Assembly: GCA_026396115.1 (NCBI GenBank)
Contig: JAPLXL010000002.1
Span: 69,142-133,141 of the forward strand
From: Candidatus Nealsonbacteria bacterium
GTDB lineage: Bacteria; Patescibacteriota; Minisyncoccia; Minisyncoccales; RBG-13-42-11
Length of the DNA stretch: 64,000 nucleotides
Direction: 5' to 3'
The position numbers and the translations under genes are program-made. This document shows, one piece after another, positions 33,013 through 43,134 of this stretch (its first letter is position 1; the number at the start of each line of letters is the position of its first letter). A model generated the notes under the pieces. The model searched no databases. It was not told the DNA's origin and worked only from the letters and a program-made list of their open reading frames with translations.

Positions 33013-34501
33013 AAACATAATCAGAAGCATTTATTTAAACCCGAGAAATTTTTTTCTTGAAAATTTAGGGGTAAGACAAACCATTTTTAAAAACACTTTT
33101 TGGTTGGCAGTAGCAGAGGGCATAGGCAGGTTTTTAAAATTAATTTTAATTATTTATGTTGCCCGAATTTTAGGGGCTACGGAATACGGAAAATTCACTT
33201 TTGCTTTGGCTTTTGTTGGTTTGTTCGCTATTTTTTCCGACCTTGGCATTTCCTCAATTTGCACCCGTGAAATTGCTCGGGAAAAGGAAAAAGAAAAAGA
33301 ATTCCCGGCTGTTCTTTCCTTAAAACTTCTTCTAAGCATAGGAACCTTGATTTTAATTTGTTTGGGTTCTTTTTTTATTACTCTTGACCCAATAATCCGG
33401 GGAATGATCTGGATTTTGGGAATTTATATTATAGTAAGTAGTTTTTCGCAGGTTATCTATGCTTTCTTTCAAGCCCGCCAGAAAATGGAATATGAAGCCT
33501 GGGCTAAAATTTTACAGGCGGCGGCTGTGACCGGAGCCGGGTTTTTTGTCCTTTTTAATTTTCCTTCGGTCCAAAATTTAAGCTTGAGTTATTTATTTGC
33601 CAGCTTAATTGCTTTGCTTTTTATTTTATTCTTTTTTCATTTTAAGGTTTATCGACTGAAAATATACTTCAACAGCATTATTTGGCGAAATATTTTGGCA
33701 ATGTCTTGGCCTTTGGCTTTATCGGGCATGATGGGTTCAATTTGCGCTGATACTGATTCAATAATGATGGGCTATTGGGGCCAGATTATCCAAACCGGCT
33801 GGTATAATGCCGCTCAAAGAATTATGGTAGTTGCTTTAATTCCCACCGGCCTGATTGGGGCAAGTTTTTTTCCGGTCTTGAGCAAGTTTTTCGGCCAATC
33901 AAAAGAAAAACTTCAGAAAGGCTGGAATTATTTTATGGAGGTGATGATTTTTATTGCCGTTCCTTTAGTCATCGGCGGTATTGTTTTGGCCTCCAAAATT
34001 ATTGATTTTGTTTACGACCCGACCTTTTTTCCTTCCATTTTGGTATTTCAAATTTTAATAGTAACCGGCGGAATTGCTATTATAACCGGTCCGTTCATTC
34101 ATGCCTTAATTGTTTCAAATCAGCAGAAAAAAACCTTTTGGATTGTTCTTTTTGGGGCACTTACCAATGTAATTTTGAATTTTATTCTGATTCCTGAATA
34201 TTCTCTTTATGGCGCAGCTTTTACCACTTTAGTAGCCAGTTTTTTAATGCTCTTTTTAAGTTTTAAATCTACTTTGAAATTTACAGAGATTAAGCCCATA
34301 AATTTAAAATTGGTTTTGACTTTTTTTGCAGTTGCTCTTTCTACCATCCCAATGTGTTTTGTGATTACCCGGCCTCAAATTTATAATCTTTATATTATTT
34401 GGATAATTTTAATCGGAGCAGTAATATATACTATTTCCCTTGTTATTTTAAAAGGATTAATAAGTTATTTCTCTTTATTCTCTAAAATTTCGAGAAGATA
34501 A
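33002..34501 (+). CDS. MOP-superfamily polysaccharide flippase (Wzx-like)
   Basis: 499 aa with about 14 TM helices. The N-terminal pattern (NTFWLAVAEGIGRFLKLILIIYVARILG) is typical of polysaccharide biosynthesis/export proteins. Confidence 0.75.
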   Translation: MEIRNIIRSIYLNPRNFFLENLGVRQTIFKNTFWLAVAEGIGRFLKLILIIYVARILGATEYGKFTFALAFVGLFAIFSDLGISSICTREIAREKEKEKEFPAVLSLKLLLSIGTLILICLGSFFITLDPIIRGMIWILGIYIIVSSFSQVIYAFFQARQKMEYEAWAKILQAAAVTGAGFFVLFNFPSVQNLSLSYLFASLIALLFILFFFHFKVYRLKIYFNSIIWRNILAMSWPLALSGMMGSICADTDSIMMGYWGQIIQTGWYNAAQRIMVVALIPTGLIGASFFPVLSKFFGQSKEKLQKGWNYFMEVMIFIAVPLVIGGIVLASKIIDFVYDPTFFPSILVFQILIVTGGIAIITGPFIHALIVSNQQKKTFWIVLFGALTNVILNFILIPEYSLYGAAFTTLVASFLMLFLSFKSTLKFTEIKPINLKLVLTFFAVALSTIPMCFVITRPQIYNLYIIWIILIGAVIYTISLVILKGLISYFSLFSKISRR

Positions 34502-34515
34502 AAAGAAGCTTCGGT

Positions 34516-35208
34516 ATGCAAATAGTTATTTTATGCGGAGGAAAAGCAACTCGGCTTTATCCCCTAACCAAAAAAATTCCCAAGTCAATGATAAAGATTG
34601 AGAGGAAGCCCTTTTTGGAGCATCAATTAGATTTGTTAAAAAAGAACAGAATAAAGAACATATTATTGTGTGTCGGATATAAAGGAGAACAAATCAAAGA
34701 TTATTTTGAAGATGGCAAAAAATTCGGCGTAGATATTAAATATAGCCAAGAAAAAAAGAAACTGCTTGGCACAGCCGGAGCCTTAAAGAATGCGGAAAAA
34801 TTATTGGCAGACAAATTTTTAATGATCTGGGGCGATTCTTATTTACCTTTTGATTTTCAAAAAGCAGTAAAATTTTTTAACAAATTTAACAAGCTTGGAT
34901 TGATGACGATTTATAAAAATTGCAACAGATACGAACCGAGCAATGTTGAAGTTAAAGGGAATTTAGTAAAGGTTTACAGCAAAAAAAGAAAAACCAAAAA
35001 AATGAAATACATTGATTACGGAGTGAGTATTTTCAGAAAAGAAGTTTTAAAATATATTCCCAAAAATCAGGTCTACGATATATCAGGACTAAATCAGTTA
35101 TTAATTAAAAAAAAACAACTTTTAGCTTTTCCGGTCAGAAAAAGATTTTATCAAATAGGCACTTTTTCCGGCATAGAGGAATTTCGAGAATATCTTAAAA
35201 ATAATTGA
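34516..35208 (+). CDS. hddC: sugar-1-phosphate nucleotidyltransferase (D-glycero-D-manno-heptose 1-phosphate guanylyltransferase-like)
   Basis: IVILCGGKATRLYPLTKKIPKSMI is an NTP-transferase motif. Sits adjacent to hddA, gmhA and gmhB. Confidence 0.6.
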   Translation: MQIVILCGGKATRLYPLTKKIPKSMIKIERKPFLEHQLDLLKKNRIKNILLCVGYKGEQIKDYFEDGKKFGVDIKYSQEKKKLLGTAGALKNAEKLLADKFLMIWGDSYLPFDFQKAVKFFNKFNKLGLMTIYKNCNRYEPSNVEVKGNLVKVYSKKRKTKKMKYIDYGVSIFRKEVLKYIPKNQVYDISGLNQLLIKKKQLLAFPVRKRFYQIGTFSGIEEFREYLKNN

Positions 35209-35255
35209 CAAAAAGTAGATATTGATTAAGAATAAGATATATTTAGCAAAAAAAT

Positions 35256-36263
35256 ATGATTATTGTTCGGGCACCAATGAGAATATCAATTGGGGGAGGA
35301 GGTACGGATTTACCTTCTTATTACTCAAAATTCGGCGGTGAATGGACTTCAGCCGCTATTGATAAATATGTTTATATCACAGTCCATAAAAGATTTGATG
35401 ATACTATTCGGGTATGTTATTCGAAAACAGAAAACGTGAACAAACCGGAAGAAATTCAGCATCCAATAGTCAGAGAGGCCTTAAAATTATTAGGAATAGA
35501 CGGGGGAATAGAAATTTTTTCTGCCGCTGATATTCCCTCCAATACTGGATTAGGATCTTCGGGAAGTTTTACTGTTGCCTTGCTTACTGCCTTGCATACC
35601 TATTTACAAGATGTAAAAAAAGAAGATTCTCGGACCAAGACTGAAATTGCCGAACAAGCCTTTCATATTGCTATAGATTTATTAAAGGAACCTTCGGGTA
35701 AACAGGACGAATATATTGCTGCCCATGGCGGACTAACTTCATTTTCAGTTTCTCCGGAGGGAAAAGTAAAAGTTGAACCCCTTTATATAAATAAAATCTC
35801 TCCCGAAGTCATGAGCGAACTAGAACATAATCTTTTAATGTTTTATACCGGTATCAGGAGAGAATCCTCTCAGGTTTTAAGGAATCAAGCTAAAGCTACT
35901 GAACAAGGAGAAAAAGATATGATTGAAAATCTTAACCGGGTTAAGGAAATCGGGAGAGAAATCAAAGAAGCATTGGAAAAAGGTAATTTAACCAGGTTTG
36001 GAGAGTTGTTGGATATTCACTGGCAGGAGAAAATAAAAAGAAAGGGAACTTCTGATCCCAGAATTAACGGGTGGTATGAAACAGCTAAGGAAGCAGGAGC
36101 GATTGGTGGAAAACTGATGGGAGCCGGGGGAGGAGGATTTTTCTTGTTTTATTGTGAAAATCAAAAAGAAAAATTAAGAAAAGCAATGGCTTCTCAGGGT
36201 CTGAGAGAAACAGCATTTCGATTTGATCTTGAAGGCACAAAGGTCGTAGCAAATTTTATATAA
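35256..36263 (+). CDS. hddA: GHMP kinase, D-glycero-D-manno-heptose 7-phosphate kinase-like
   Basis: VRAPMRISIGGGGTDLPSYY start and the GHMP motif PSNTGLGSSGSFTVAL. Confidence 0.7.
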   Translation: MIIVRAPMRISIGGGGTDLPSYYSKFGGEWTSAAIDKYVYITVHKRFDDTIRVCYSKTENVNKPEEIQHPIVREALKLLGIDGGIEIFSAADIPSNTGLGSSGSFTVALLTALHTYLQDVKKEDSRTKTEIAEQAFHIAIDLLKEPSGKQDEYIAAHGGLTSFSVSPEGKVKVEPLYINKISPEVMSELEHNLLMFYTGIRRESSQVLRNQAKATEQGEKDMIENLNRVKEIGREIKEALEKGNLTRFGELLDIHWQEKIKRKGTSDPRINGWYETAKEAGAIGGKLMGAGGGGFFLFYCENQKEKLRKAMASQGLRETAFRFDLEGTKVVANFI

Positions 36264-36274
36264 TATTTAAATCA

Positions 36275-36862
36275 ATGAAAATATCTGAATATATTCAAAA
36301 TTATCTTTCTGAAACAGCAGAAATTGCAAAAAATATAGATAAAGAAACGATTGAGAAAACTATAAAGACTTTATTGAAGGTAAAATCACAAAAGGGGAGA
36401 ATCTTTTTCTTAGGAGTAGGCGGAGGAGCAGGAACCGGCTCTCACGCTGCCAATGATTTTAATAAAATTGCCAAAATTTCCAGTATTTGTTTAAGTGATA
36501 ATCCAGCTTTATTGACCGCCCTGGTCAATGATGAAGGTTGGGAATCTATTTTTAAAAGACAATTAGAAATGCACCAATTGACTGCTAATGATTGTCTTTT
36601 TATTTTTTCCGTAGGCGGAGGAACAGAAACAACCTCCAAGAATTTGGTGGAAGCTATTAATTATGCCAAAGAGATCGGAGCTAAAATTATTGGTGTGGTG
36701 GGAAAAGACACCGGAGTTACTGCTCAAGAAGCTGATGCTTGTATAATTACTCCTTGCCCTGAGCCATCAAGGAGAACAGCTCATACTGAAGATTTTCAGA
36801 TGATTATGGACCATCTTCTGGCGAATCTTTTAGCCGAATTGGAAAATCAAGATGAAGAATAA
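36275..36862 (+). CDS. gmhA: SIS-domain sedoheptulose 7-phosphate isomerase
   Basis: The SIS phosphosugar-binding pattern IFFLGVGGGAGTGSHAANDF. Size and context fit. Confidence 0.65.
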   Translation: MKISEYIQNYLSETAEIAKNIDKETIEKTIKTLLKVKSQKGRIFFLGVGGGAGTGSHAANDFNKIAKISSICLSDNPALLTALVNDEGWESIFKRQLEMHQLTANDCLFIFSVGGGTETTSKNLVEAINYAKEIGAKIIGVVGKDTGVTAQEADACIITPCPEPSRRTAHTEDFQMIMDHLLANLLAELENQDEE

Positions 36863-37388
36863 AGCTATCTTTATAGATCGCGACGGTGTGATAAATAAGA
36901 TAATTATGCGGAATGAAAAGCCGTCTTCACCTTGGAACTTAAAAGAATTTGAGATTCTCTCTGATGTTAAAGAGTGTTTAGGAGCATTTAAAGAAATGGG
37001 ATTTCTGAATATAGTTTTTACCAGTCAGCCGGATATAAGCAGAGATAATTTAAAAATAGAAGATTTGGAAAAAATGCATAAGCTTATATCAGAAACATTG
37101 CCGGTAGATGAAATTAAATTTTGTCCCCATGATGATAAAGATAATTGTCAGTGCCGAAAGCCAAAACCGGGATTGATACTTGAAGCAGTTAAAAAATGGT
37201 CTATTGATTTAGAGAAATCTTATGTAATTGGAGATAGCTGGAAGGATATTGAGGCCGGCAAAGCGGCTGGCTGTAAAACATTTTTACTTAGGAGAGAGTA
37301 TAATAAGGATTTTCAAAAAGATTATGATTTTGAAGTCGATAATCTTAAAAAATCGGTCGAAATTATAAAAAAATTAGATAAAAAATAA
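36852..37388 (+). CDS. gmhB: D,D-heptose 1,7-bisphosphate phosphatase (HAD-IIIA)
   Basis: IFIDRDGVIN (DxDG), CPHDDKDNCQCRKPKPGL (zinc-finger/CRKP motif) and GDSWKDIEAG. Confidence 0.8.
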   Translation: MKNKAIFIDRDGVINKIIMRNEKPSSPWNLKEFEILSDVKECLGAFKEMGFLNIVFTSQPDISRDNLKIEDLEKMHKLISETLPVDEIKFCPHDDKDNCQCRKPKPGLILEAVKKWSIDLEKSYVIGDSWKDIEAGKAAGCKTFLLRREYNKDFQKDYDFEVDNLKKSVEIIKKLDKK

Positions 37389-37394
37389 AAATAT

Positions 37395-38126
37395 ATGAAA
37401 ATATTTGTTGATTCAGCTGACACGGAAGAGGTTAAAAAATATCTTTCCTGGGGTCTTTGCGACGGGGTAACCACTAACCCCACTGTTTGTTTAAAATGCG
37501 GAGTTACCGGTGGCATGGAAGGGATTAAAAAGCGTTCTTTGGAAATTGCCAAATTAATTACTCCTCGGACGCTTAGTGTTGAAGTTACCAGTGAAAATCC
37601 GGAAGAGATTCTTGAACAAGCGAGAGATTATGCTAAATTAGCCGAAAATATTGCTGTTAAGGTAACTATTACTGATAGAGAGGGAAATAGTTTCTTGCCG
37701 GTCATCCGTCAATTAGTTAGTGAAGGAATAAGAGTTAATGTCACAGCGATGACTACTTTCAACCAGGCAATCTTCGCTGCTAAAGCAATTAGGGCAGGAA
37801 TGGAAGCAAATCCTGAAAAAGCCAAAATTTCTCATTTTATCAGTGTTTTTGGCGGAAGAATATCTGAGGAACAAGGAGTGGAGCGGACTTTCCAGGTTCT
37901 GAAAGATCTTCGAAATTGGCTTGATTTCCACCGGTTTAAAGGAATTGAAATTATTGTTGGTTCGGTAAGGACCCCGGAGAATGTTGAGTATTGGTCAAGA
38001 ACAGGTGCTCATATTTTGACCATTCCCCCCGAAGTAATTGCTAAATCTTTGCTCGGAGCAAGAACGAAGGAAACAGTGGCTCAATTTATAGAAGATGCCA
38101 AAAAATCAATGGAGGAATTGGGGTAG
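37395..38126 (+). CDS. transaldolase / fructose-6-phosphate aldolase family (short type)
   Basis: MKIFVDSADTEEVKKY...CDGVTTNPT and the IAVKVT Schiff-base lysine context. Confidence 0.8.
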   Translation: MKIFVDSADTEEVKKYLSWGLCDGVTTNPTVCLKCGVTGGMEGIKKRSLEIAKLITPRTLSVEVTSENPEEILEQARDYAKLAENIAVKVTITDREGNSFLPVIRQLVSEGIRVNVTAMTTFNQAIFAAKAIRAGMEANPEKAKISHFISVFGGRISEEQGVERTFQVLKDLRNWLDFHRFKGIEIIVGSVRTPENVEYWSRTGAHILTIPPEVIAKSLLGARTKETVAQFIEDAKKSMEELG

Positions 38127-38165
38127 ACAGTATTTTCTGGGGCGTTTTAGTTAATTTAGACATTT

Positions 38166-38744
38166 ATGCCAAAGATCATTCTTTCTAAGAAGGGAAAAAT
38201 TTTAGAGTTTTCAATTGCCCTGTTTTTAATTTTGATAGGAGTTAGCCTAAGATTTCTTCCTCATCCTCCGAATTTCAGCCCTGTTATTGCTATTTCTTTA
38301 TTTGGAGGGGTTTATTTTTCAAAGAGGATAGCCTTTATTTTGCCGATTTTGATAATGTTAATCAGTGATATTTTTATTGGTTACTATGAAATTGGCTTGA
38401 TGGCTTCGGTTTATGGAAGTTTTGTCTTATGTGTATTTTTAGGCTCTTGGTTAAAAGAACATAAAAAATGGCAGACAATTTTGGGAAGCTCTATTTTATC
38501 CGCTCTTATATTTTTCATTTTGACAAATTTTGCTGTTTGGGCTTTTACTCCCTGGTATGCTAAAACTTTCTCTGGAATAATTCAGTGTTATCTAATGGCT
38601 TTGCCATTTTTCAAAAATACTCTGTTGGGAAATTTCTTTTACGTAGCTGTCCTATTTGGGACTTATGAAATAGCAGAAATTTGGATAAGAAAAAAGTTTA
38701 GAATAATTGAATCGTTACCTGCTTTTGTAAATGCAAAGATATGA
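38166..38744 (+). CDS. six-TM membrane protein (DUF6580-like); possible small-molecule or vitamin uptake component
   Basis: 192 aa. RFLPHPPNFSPVIAISLFGG resembles the PHxPNFxP..A..LFGG signature I recall for the DUF6580 putative-transport family. Its stop overlaps the start of the B12-binding radical SAM gene. Confidence 0.35.
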   Translation: MPKIILSKKGKILEFSIALFLILIGVSLRFLPHPPNFSPVIAISLFGGVYFSKRIAFILPILIMLISDIFIGYYEIGLMASVYGSFVLCVFLGSWLKEHKKWQTILGSSILSALIFFILTNFAVWAFTPWYAKTFSGIIQCYLMALPFFKNTLLGNFFYVAVLFGTYEIAEIWIRKKFRIIESLPAFVNAKI

Positions 38745-40339
38745 AAATTACTTTTATCTCGCTGATAGAAGATGTTTCTATACCGGGTTTACGTTTTTTG
38801 TCGGCTTTCATCAAACAGAAAGGCCATGAATCGGAGATTATTATGCTTCCAAGGTCTTATTCTGAGGGACTGAATGACTCTGTCTCTTTTTTATATCCTT
38901 ATCCTGATATTGTTCTTAAACAACTTGTGGAAAAATGCAGTCAGTCCGATTTGATTGGTATTTCCTTGATGTCTTGTCATTTTGATAACGCTGTTTATAT
39001 CACCCGTTATTTACGTAAACGGCTATCCTGTCCAATAATTTGGGGAGGAATTCATCCCACTATACGACCGTTGGAGTGCTTAGATCATGCCGATATGGTC
39101 TGTGTGGGAGAGTCCGAGTTGAGTCTCGACATGTTAATGGAAAGAATGTCTAATGGAGAATCTTGGAAGTCAATTTCTGTCCAAGGGATACTTAGACAAG
39201 GAGAAAAAAATGACCAATTTCTCCCAGGACCTATTTTGGAAGATTTAGAGAAATTGCCTCTGCCGGATTATGATTTAGAAGACCAGTTTCTTTTATATGA
39301 AAAAAACCGAATAGTTCAACTAGATAAAAATCTTTTAGTCCGCTGTCTTTATGGCTCCTATGTAACAACTCTTTCACGGGGCTGTCCCTATGCTTGTACT
39401 TATTGTTGCAATAACGCTTTGAATAAAATATACAAAAGAAAACTGCCTATCAGACACCGACTTGTTAAAGACATAATAGAGGAATTAGAAATGGCAAAAA
39501 GGTCCATACTAGGGTTGAGAGAGATAATTATAACAGATGATGCCTTTTTTGCTCAAACTCAAGAGAGAATAGAAGAGTTTTCTGAAGAATATAAGAGAAA
39601 AGTAGACCTGCCCCTTAAAGTTCTTACTACCCCTGTTACTTTTACATTATCTAAGGCAAGAGCATTAGTAAAAGCAGGGTTGTGTGCCACGGCAGTAGGC
39701 ATCCAGTCAGCCAGTTTACGAATCAGAGCCCTGTATAATCGGTCTGACACATTAGAGCAAGTATTAGCGGTTGGAGATGTCGTTAGCCAAGTGGCCGAAG
39801 AAACTAAAAAGAAAATAGATATTCGTTATGACTTTATTTTGGATAATCCTTGGGAGAATGAAGAAGACCTCAAAGATAGCATTCGTTTTGTTTTAAAACT
39901 AAAAAAACCCTTCAGTTTAATGTTGTTTTCATTAACATTTTATCCGGAAACAGTTCTTTATAAAAAAGCTCGTCAAGAAGGAATTATTTGGGATGACTTG
40001 AATCAGGTTTATAGAAAAAGTCAATTAGCTCCTAATCGCAGTTATTTCAATGCCCTATTGGCACTGGCCGGTTTAGGAATGTCAAAATTTCTAGTCGAAA
40101 GGTTGTTAAATACACATATCTCTAAAAAGCACTTAGTCGGTTCCTTATATTTTTTAGTTAGTTTATATACATTAAAGAAAGAGTTAAGAAGCGTTATAGT
40201 TAAAGGTTTTTTGCGCGGGGACTTTCAATGGGTATATACCGCATTTTTGATATTTCTTGGAAGAATAAAGCAAAAGTTCGTTTCAATGAGACATACCGAA
40301 CTGGTAAGATTTAAAGGAAAAGCAGGGGAAATTCAATAA
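38741..40339 (+). CDS. B12-binding-domain radical SAM enzyme (class B)
   Basis: N-terminal B12-binding-like region (IGISLMSCHF...PIIWGGIHPT), then the radical SAM cluster motif CPYACTYCC. Confidence 0.8.
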   Translation: MKITFISLIEDVSIPGLRFLSAFIKQKGHESEIIMLPRSYSEGLNDSVSFLYPYPDIVLKQLVEKCSQSDLIGISLMSCHFDNAVYITRYLRKRLSCPIIWGGIHPTIRPLECLDHADMVCVGESELSLDMLMERMSNGESWKSISVQGILRQGEKNDQFLPGPILEDLEKLPLPDYDLEDQFLLYEKNRIVQLDKNLLVRCLYGSYVTTLSRGCPYACTYCCNNALNKIYKRKLPIRHRLVKDIIEELEMAKRSILGLREIIITDDAFFAQTQERIEEFSEEYKRKVDLPLKVLTTPVTFTLSKARALVKAGLCATAVGIQSASLRIRALYNRSDTLEQVLAVGDVVSQVAEETKKKIDIRYDFILDNPWENEEDLKDSIRFVLKLKKPFSLMLFSLTFYPETVLYKKARQEGIIWDDLNQVYRKSQLAPNRSYFNALLALAGLGMSKFLVERLLNTHISKKHLVGSLYFLVSLYTLKKELRSVIVKGFLRGDFQWVYTAFLIFLGRIKQKFVSMRHTELVRFKGKAGEIQ

Positions 40340-40347
40340 AATATAAA

Positions 40348-41271
40348 ATGAGATTATTAGATAAAATTAAAGGGCGATTGGAATTATATACAGGCCTAAT
40401 TAAACATAGGAAGGAAATAAAAGAACTATATCGTTCTTTTGACGAGATAACGAAGAAAGATTTTCTCTCGATATTAAAACTTAACTTAATCAGATCCTTG
40501 AAGCCGTATTTTTTATTTGAAGGAGAGAAAAAAGATTACAATTTTTACAGCTCTGAAGATAAAGCTCTTATCTTTGATAGTTACATTTTTAAACCAGCCG
40601 AAATAAAACAAAATTTCCAAAAGAATTCTTTTTTAGAAATAATTCGAGGGTATTCTGTTCTTGTTGAGGAAATTTTAATCACTAAGGCCTATGAAGATGA
40701 AGAAGTAAAGATTGAATCAAAAGATATTGTTTTGGATTGCGGTGCTAATATTGGCATATTTTCAATTTATGCGTCTAAAAAAGCAGAAATGGTTTATGCA
40801 TTTGAGCCGGGCAGGAATGAAATCACCTCATTACATGAGAATAAAACACTTAACAACTGTAATAATATAAAAATTATTCCTAAAGCAATATTAGATAATA
40901 GCAAAGGCGCAAGATTAGTTTTATGGGGGGTTGTAAGTAGTTATTTGGTCAGTAAAGAAAAAAAAGAAAATAAGGAAGAAACCGATGAAGAAGATGTCTT
41001 AGACATAGAAACTATTTCTATTGATGAGTTTGTTAAAAAAGAAGGTTTAGAGAAAGTAGATTTTATAAAAATGGATATTGAAGGTTCAGAAAGAAAAGCT
41101 CTTCTTGGTGCTAAAGAAACTTTAAAAAAGTTTAAACCAAAATTAGCATTATCTATTTACCATAAATTTAGTGATTTTTATAAACTTCCTCTTTTGATAA
41201 AAAGATTAAACCCGGATTATAAAATAAGGGTAAAAAATAAAAAGGGGACATTAATGACTTATGCTTATTAA
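40348..41271 (+). CDS. FkbM-family methyltransferase
   Basis: VLDCGANIGIFSIYAS ... FEP ... FIKMDIEGSE. Confidence 0.8.
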   Translation: MRLLDKIKGRLELYTGLIKHRKEIKELYRSFDEITKKDFLSILKLNLIRSLKPYFLFEGEKKDYNFYSSEDKALIFDSYIFKPAEIKQNFQKNSFLEIIRGYSVLVEEILITKAYEDEEVKIESKDIVLDCGANIGIFSIYASKKAEMVYAFEPGRNEITSLHENKTLNNCNNIKIIPKAILDNSKGARLVLWGVVSSYLVSKEKKENKEETDEEDVLDIETISIDEFVKKEGLEKVDFIKMDIEGSERKALLGAKETLKKFKPKLALSIYHKFSDFYKLPLLIKRLNPDYKIRVKNKKGTLMTYAY

Positions 41272-41304
41272 AAATTGGCGGTGTTGGAAAGATTAATAAT
41301 TATT

Positions 41305-42189
41305 ATGGACCAAAAACTAAATATAATTCCACCTTCAGTGAAAGCCGGAGAAAAAAACTGGTTGAAGAGGTGGATAAAAAATAACAAAAGTTTATATCCT
41401 CTCTTTTATAGGTTGTTACGGTGTAATCGTGATGTCTTTATATTGAGAAATTTTTGGATAAATACAGATACTCTCTTTAGCTCAGTTGAGATAGAAACTT
41501 GCTCTATTTGTAATAGAAAATGCCCTTTCTGTCCGGTTGCTTATGATAACAGCCAAAAAGTGATAATGTCCGATGAAATTTTTAATAAAATAATAACTGA
41601 ATTAAAAGAATTAAACTTCAAGGGTGAGATTGCTTTTGCCGGTTACGGTGAGCCATTACTAGATAAAAGATTAGAAGAATTTGTAAAGAGAATAAAAAAA
41701 GAATTAGGTTCTTCTGTTGAAATTGTTACAAACGGTGATTTTTTGACTTACGAAAGATTTAAACAGCTTATTTCTGCAGGTGCGGATACTTTTCGCTTAA
41801 GCCAGCACGATAAGGAACCTTCAGAACAAATTAAAGAATTTTTTAGTAATGTTCAAAAAAATGAACTAAAATATATAATATTTCAAACAGCAACCGAAGG
41901 TTCAATAACATTCACTAATCGTGGTGGATCAGTGAAGATGAAAACTTTACATCCCTTTTATTGTGCTCCTATGCATTTAATTATTAGAGCTGACGGGAGT
42001 GTTCCACTTTGTTGTAATGATTATTACGAAGAAGTGAAATTGGGAAACGTAACCAAGCAAAGAATAATTGATATCTGGAACAAACCCTTTTATAGAGAAA
42101 TTAGGAATGAAATAAAAAGAGGCATTTTCAACCTTGAAATTTGTAAAAAATGCTTAGACCTTAAACCGTTTGAAGATAGAAATATTTAG
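41305..42189 (+). CDS. radical SAM / SPASM-domain enzyme
   Basis: CNRKCPFC (CxxxCxxC). C-terminal Cys-rich region CAPMHLIIRADGSVPLCCNDY ... CKKC. The ATG at 41305 is preferred; the ORF-track TTG is at 41275. Confidence 0.75.
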   Translation: MDQKLNIIPPSVKAGEKNWLKRWIKNNKSLYPLFYRLLRCNRDVFILRNFWINTDTLFSSVEIETCSICNRKCPFCPVAYDNSQKVIMSDEIFNKIITELKELNFKGEIAFAGYGEPLLDKRLEEFVKRIKKELGSSVEIVTNGDFLTYERFKQLISAGADTFRLSQHDKEPSEQIKEFFSNVQKNELKYIIFQTATEGSITFTNRGGSVKMKTLHPFYCAPMHLIIRADGSVPLCCNDYYEEVKLGNVTKQRIIDIWNKPFYREIRNEIKRGIFNLEICKKCLDLKPFEDRNI

Positions 42190-42245
42190 TAGTTTAGAGA
42201 TAAAATTAGTAATTTTTATAATTTATAAATTTATTAAAATAAAAA

Positions 42246-43118
42246 ATGGATATTTACAAAAAACTACTTAAAAATCGTTTTGGTGATATAAAATATTTTT
42301 TTTGGTTATTTAAAAATTGGTATAATCTAAAAAGAGATAACTATTCTTTAACGTCATTTTTAAAGTATTGGATTCTATATTTTTTCCCTCGTTTTTTTTA
42401 TGGTAGAAGCAAATCCATTGATATCTCTAAAAATATTATTTCGCGTTTTAAAAATAATAATCTTATAATTCCCTTACCAATTAAAAATAAACCATATTAT
42501 TATATAGGACTTAGAGATGCAGGTGACTTTTATATGTTTCGTGAAGTTTGCGTAGATGATGATTATAATGTATCTCAAATAAAAGTAGGGATGGTTATTG
42601 TAGATGCCGGAGCTCATATTGGGACATTCACTCTCTTGGCGAGTAAAATGGTTGGTGAACAAGGAAAAGTTATTGCCATTGAACCTGAACAAGATAGTTT
42701 TCTGCAATTAACTAAAAATTTAGAAATAAATAAAATAAAAAATGTAATCCCTATAAACATTGGTTTAAGTGATTTCAATGGTAATAAAGATTTTTTTGTC
42801 GATAAAGAATCAGCTTGTAGTTCTTTTATTTTAAATTCTGATCGGCAGATTATAAGTAAACCCAGTATTAAGGTAAAAACCCTAGATAGTGTTCTTCAAG
42901 AAATAAATATTGATAAAGTCGATTTTCTTAAAATTGATACAGAGGGCGCGGAACTGGAAATTTTAAAAGGAGCAAAGCAAACTATAATTGAGAATCCTGA
43001 AATAAAAATGGTAATTGCATCTTATCATTATCCGAAAGAGAAAGAAGAAGTATTTCAATATTTAAAAAGTTTGAAATTCTCTCCAAAAATTTTAGGAGAC
43101 TTAATAATAATACAATAA
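42246..43118 (+). CDS. FkbM-family methyltransferase
   Basis: IVDAGAHIGTFTLLAS ... IEPE ... FLKIDTEGAE. Confidence 0.8.
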   Translation: MDIYKKLLKNRFGDIKYFFWLFKNWYNLKRDNYSLTSFLKYWILYFFPRFFYGRSKSIDISKNIISRFKNNNLIIPLPIKNKPYYYIGLRDAGDFYMFREVCVDDDYNVSQIKVGMVIVDAGAHIGTFTLLASKMVGEQGKVIAIEPEQDSFLQLTKNLEINKIKNVIPINIGLSDFNGNKDFFVDKESACSSFILNSDRQIISKPSIKVKTLDSVLQEINIDKVDFLKIDTEGAELEILKGAKQTIIENPEIKMVIASYHYPKEKEEVFQYLKSLKFSPKILGDLIIIQ

Positions 43119-43134
43119 TAATGATCAGTAAGAC

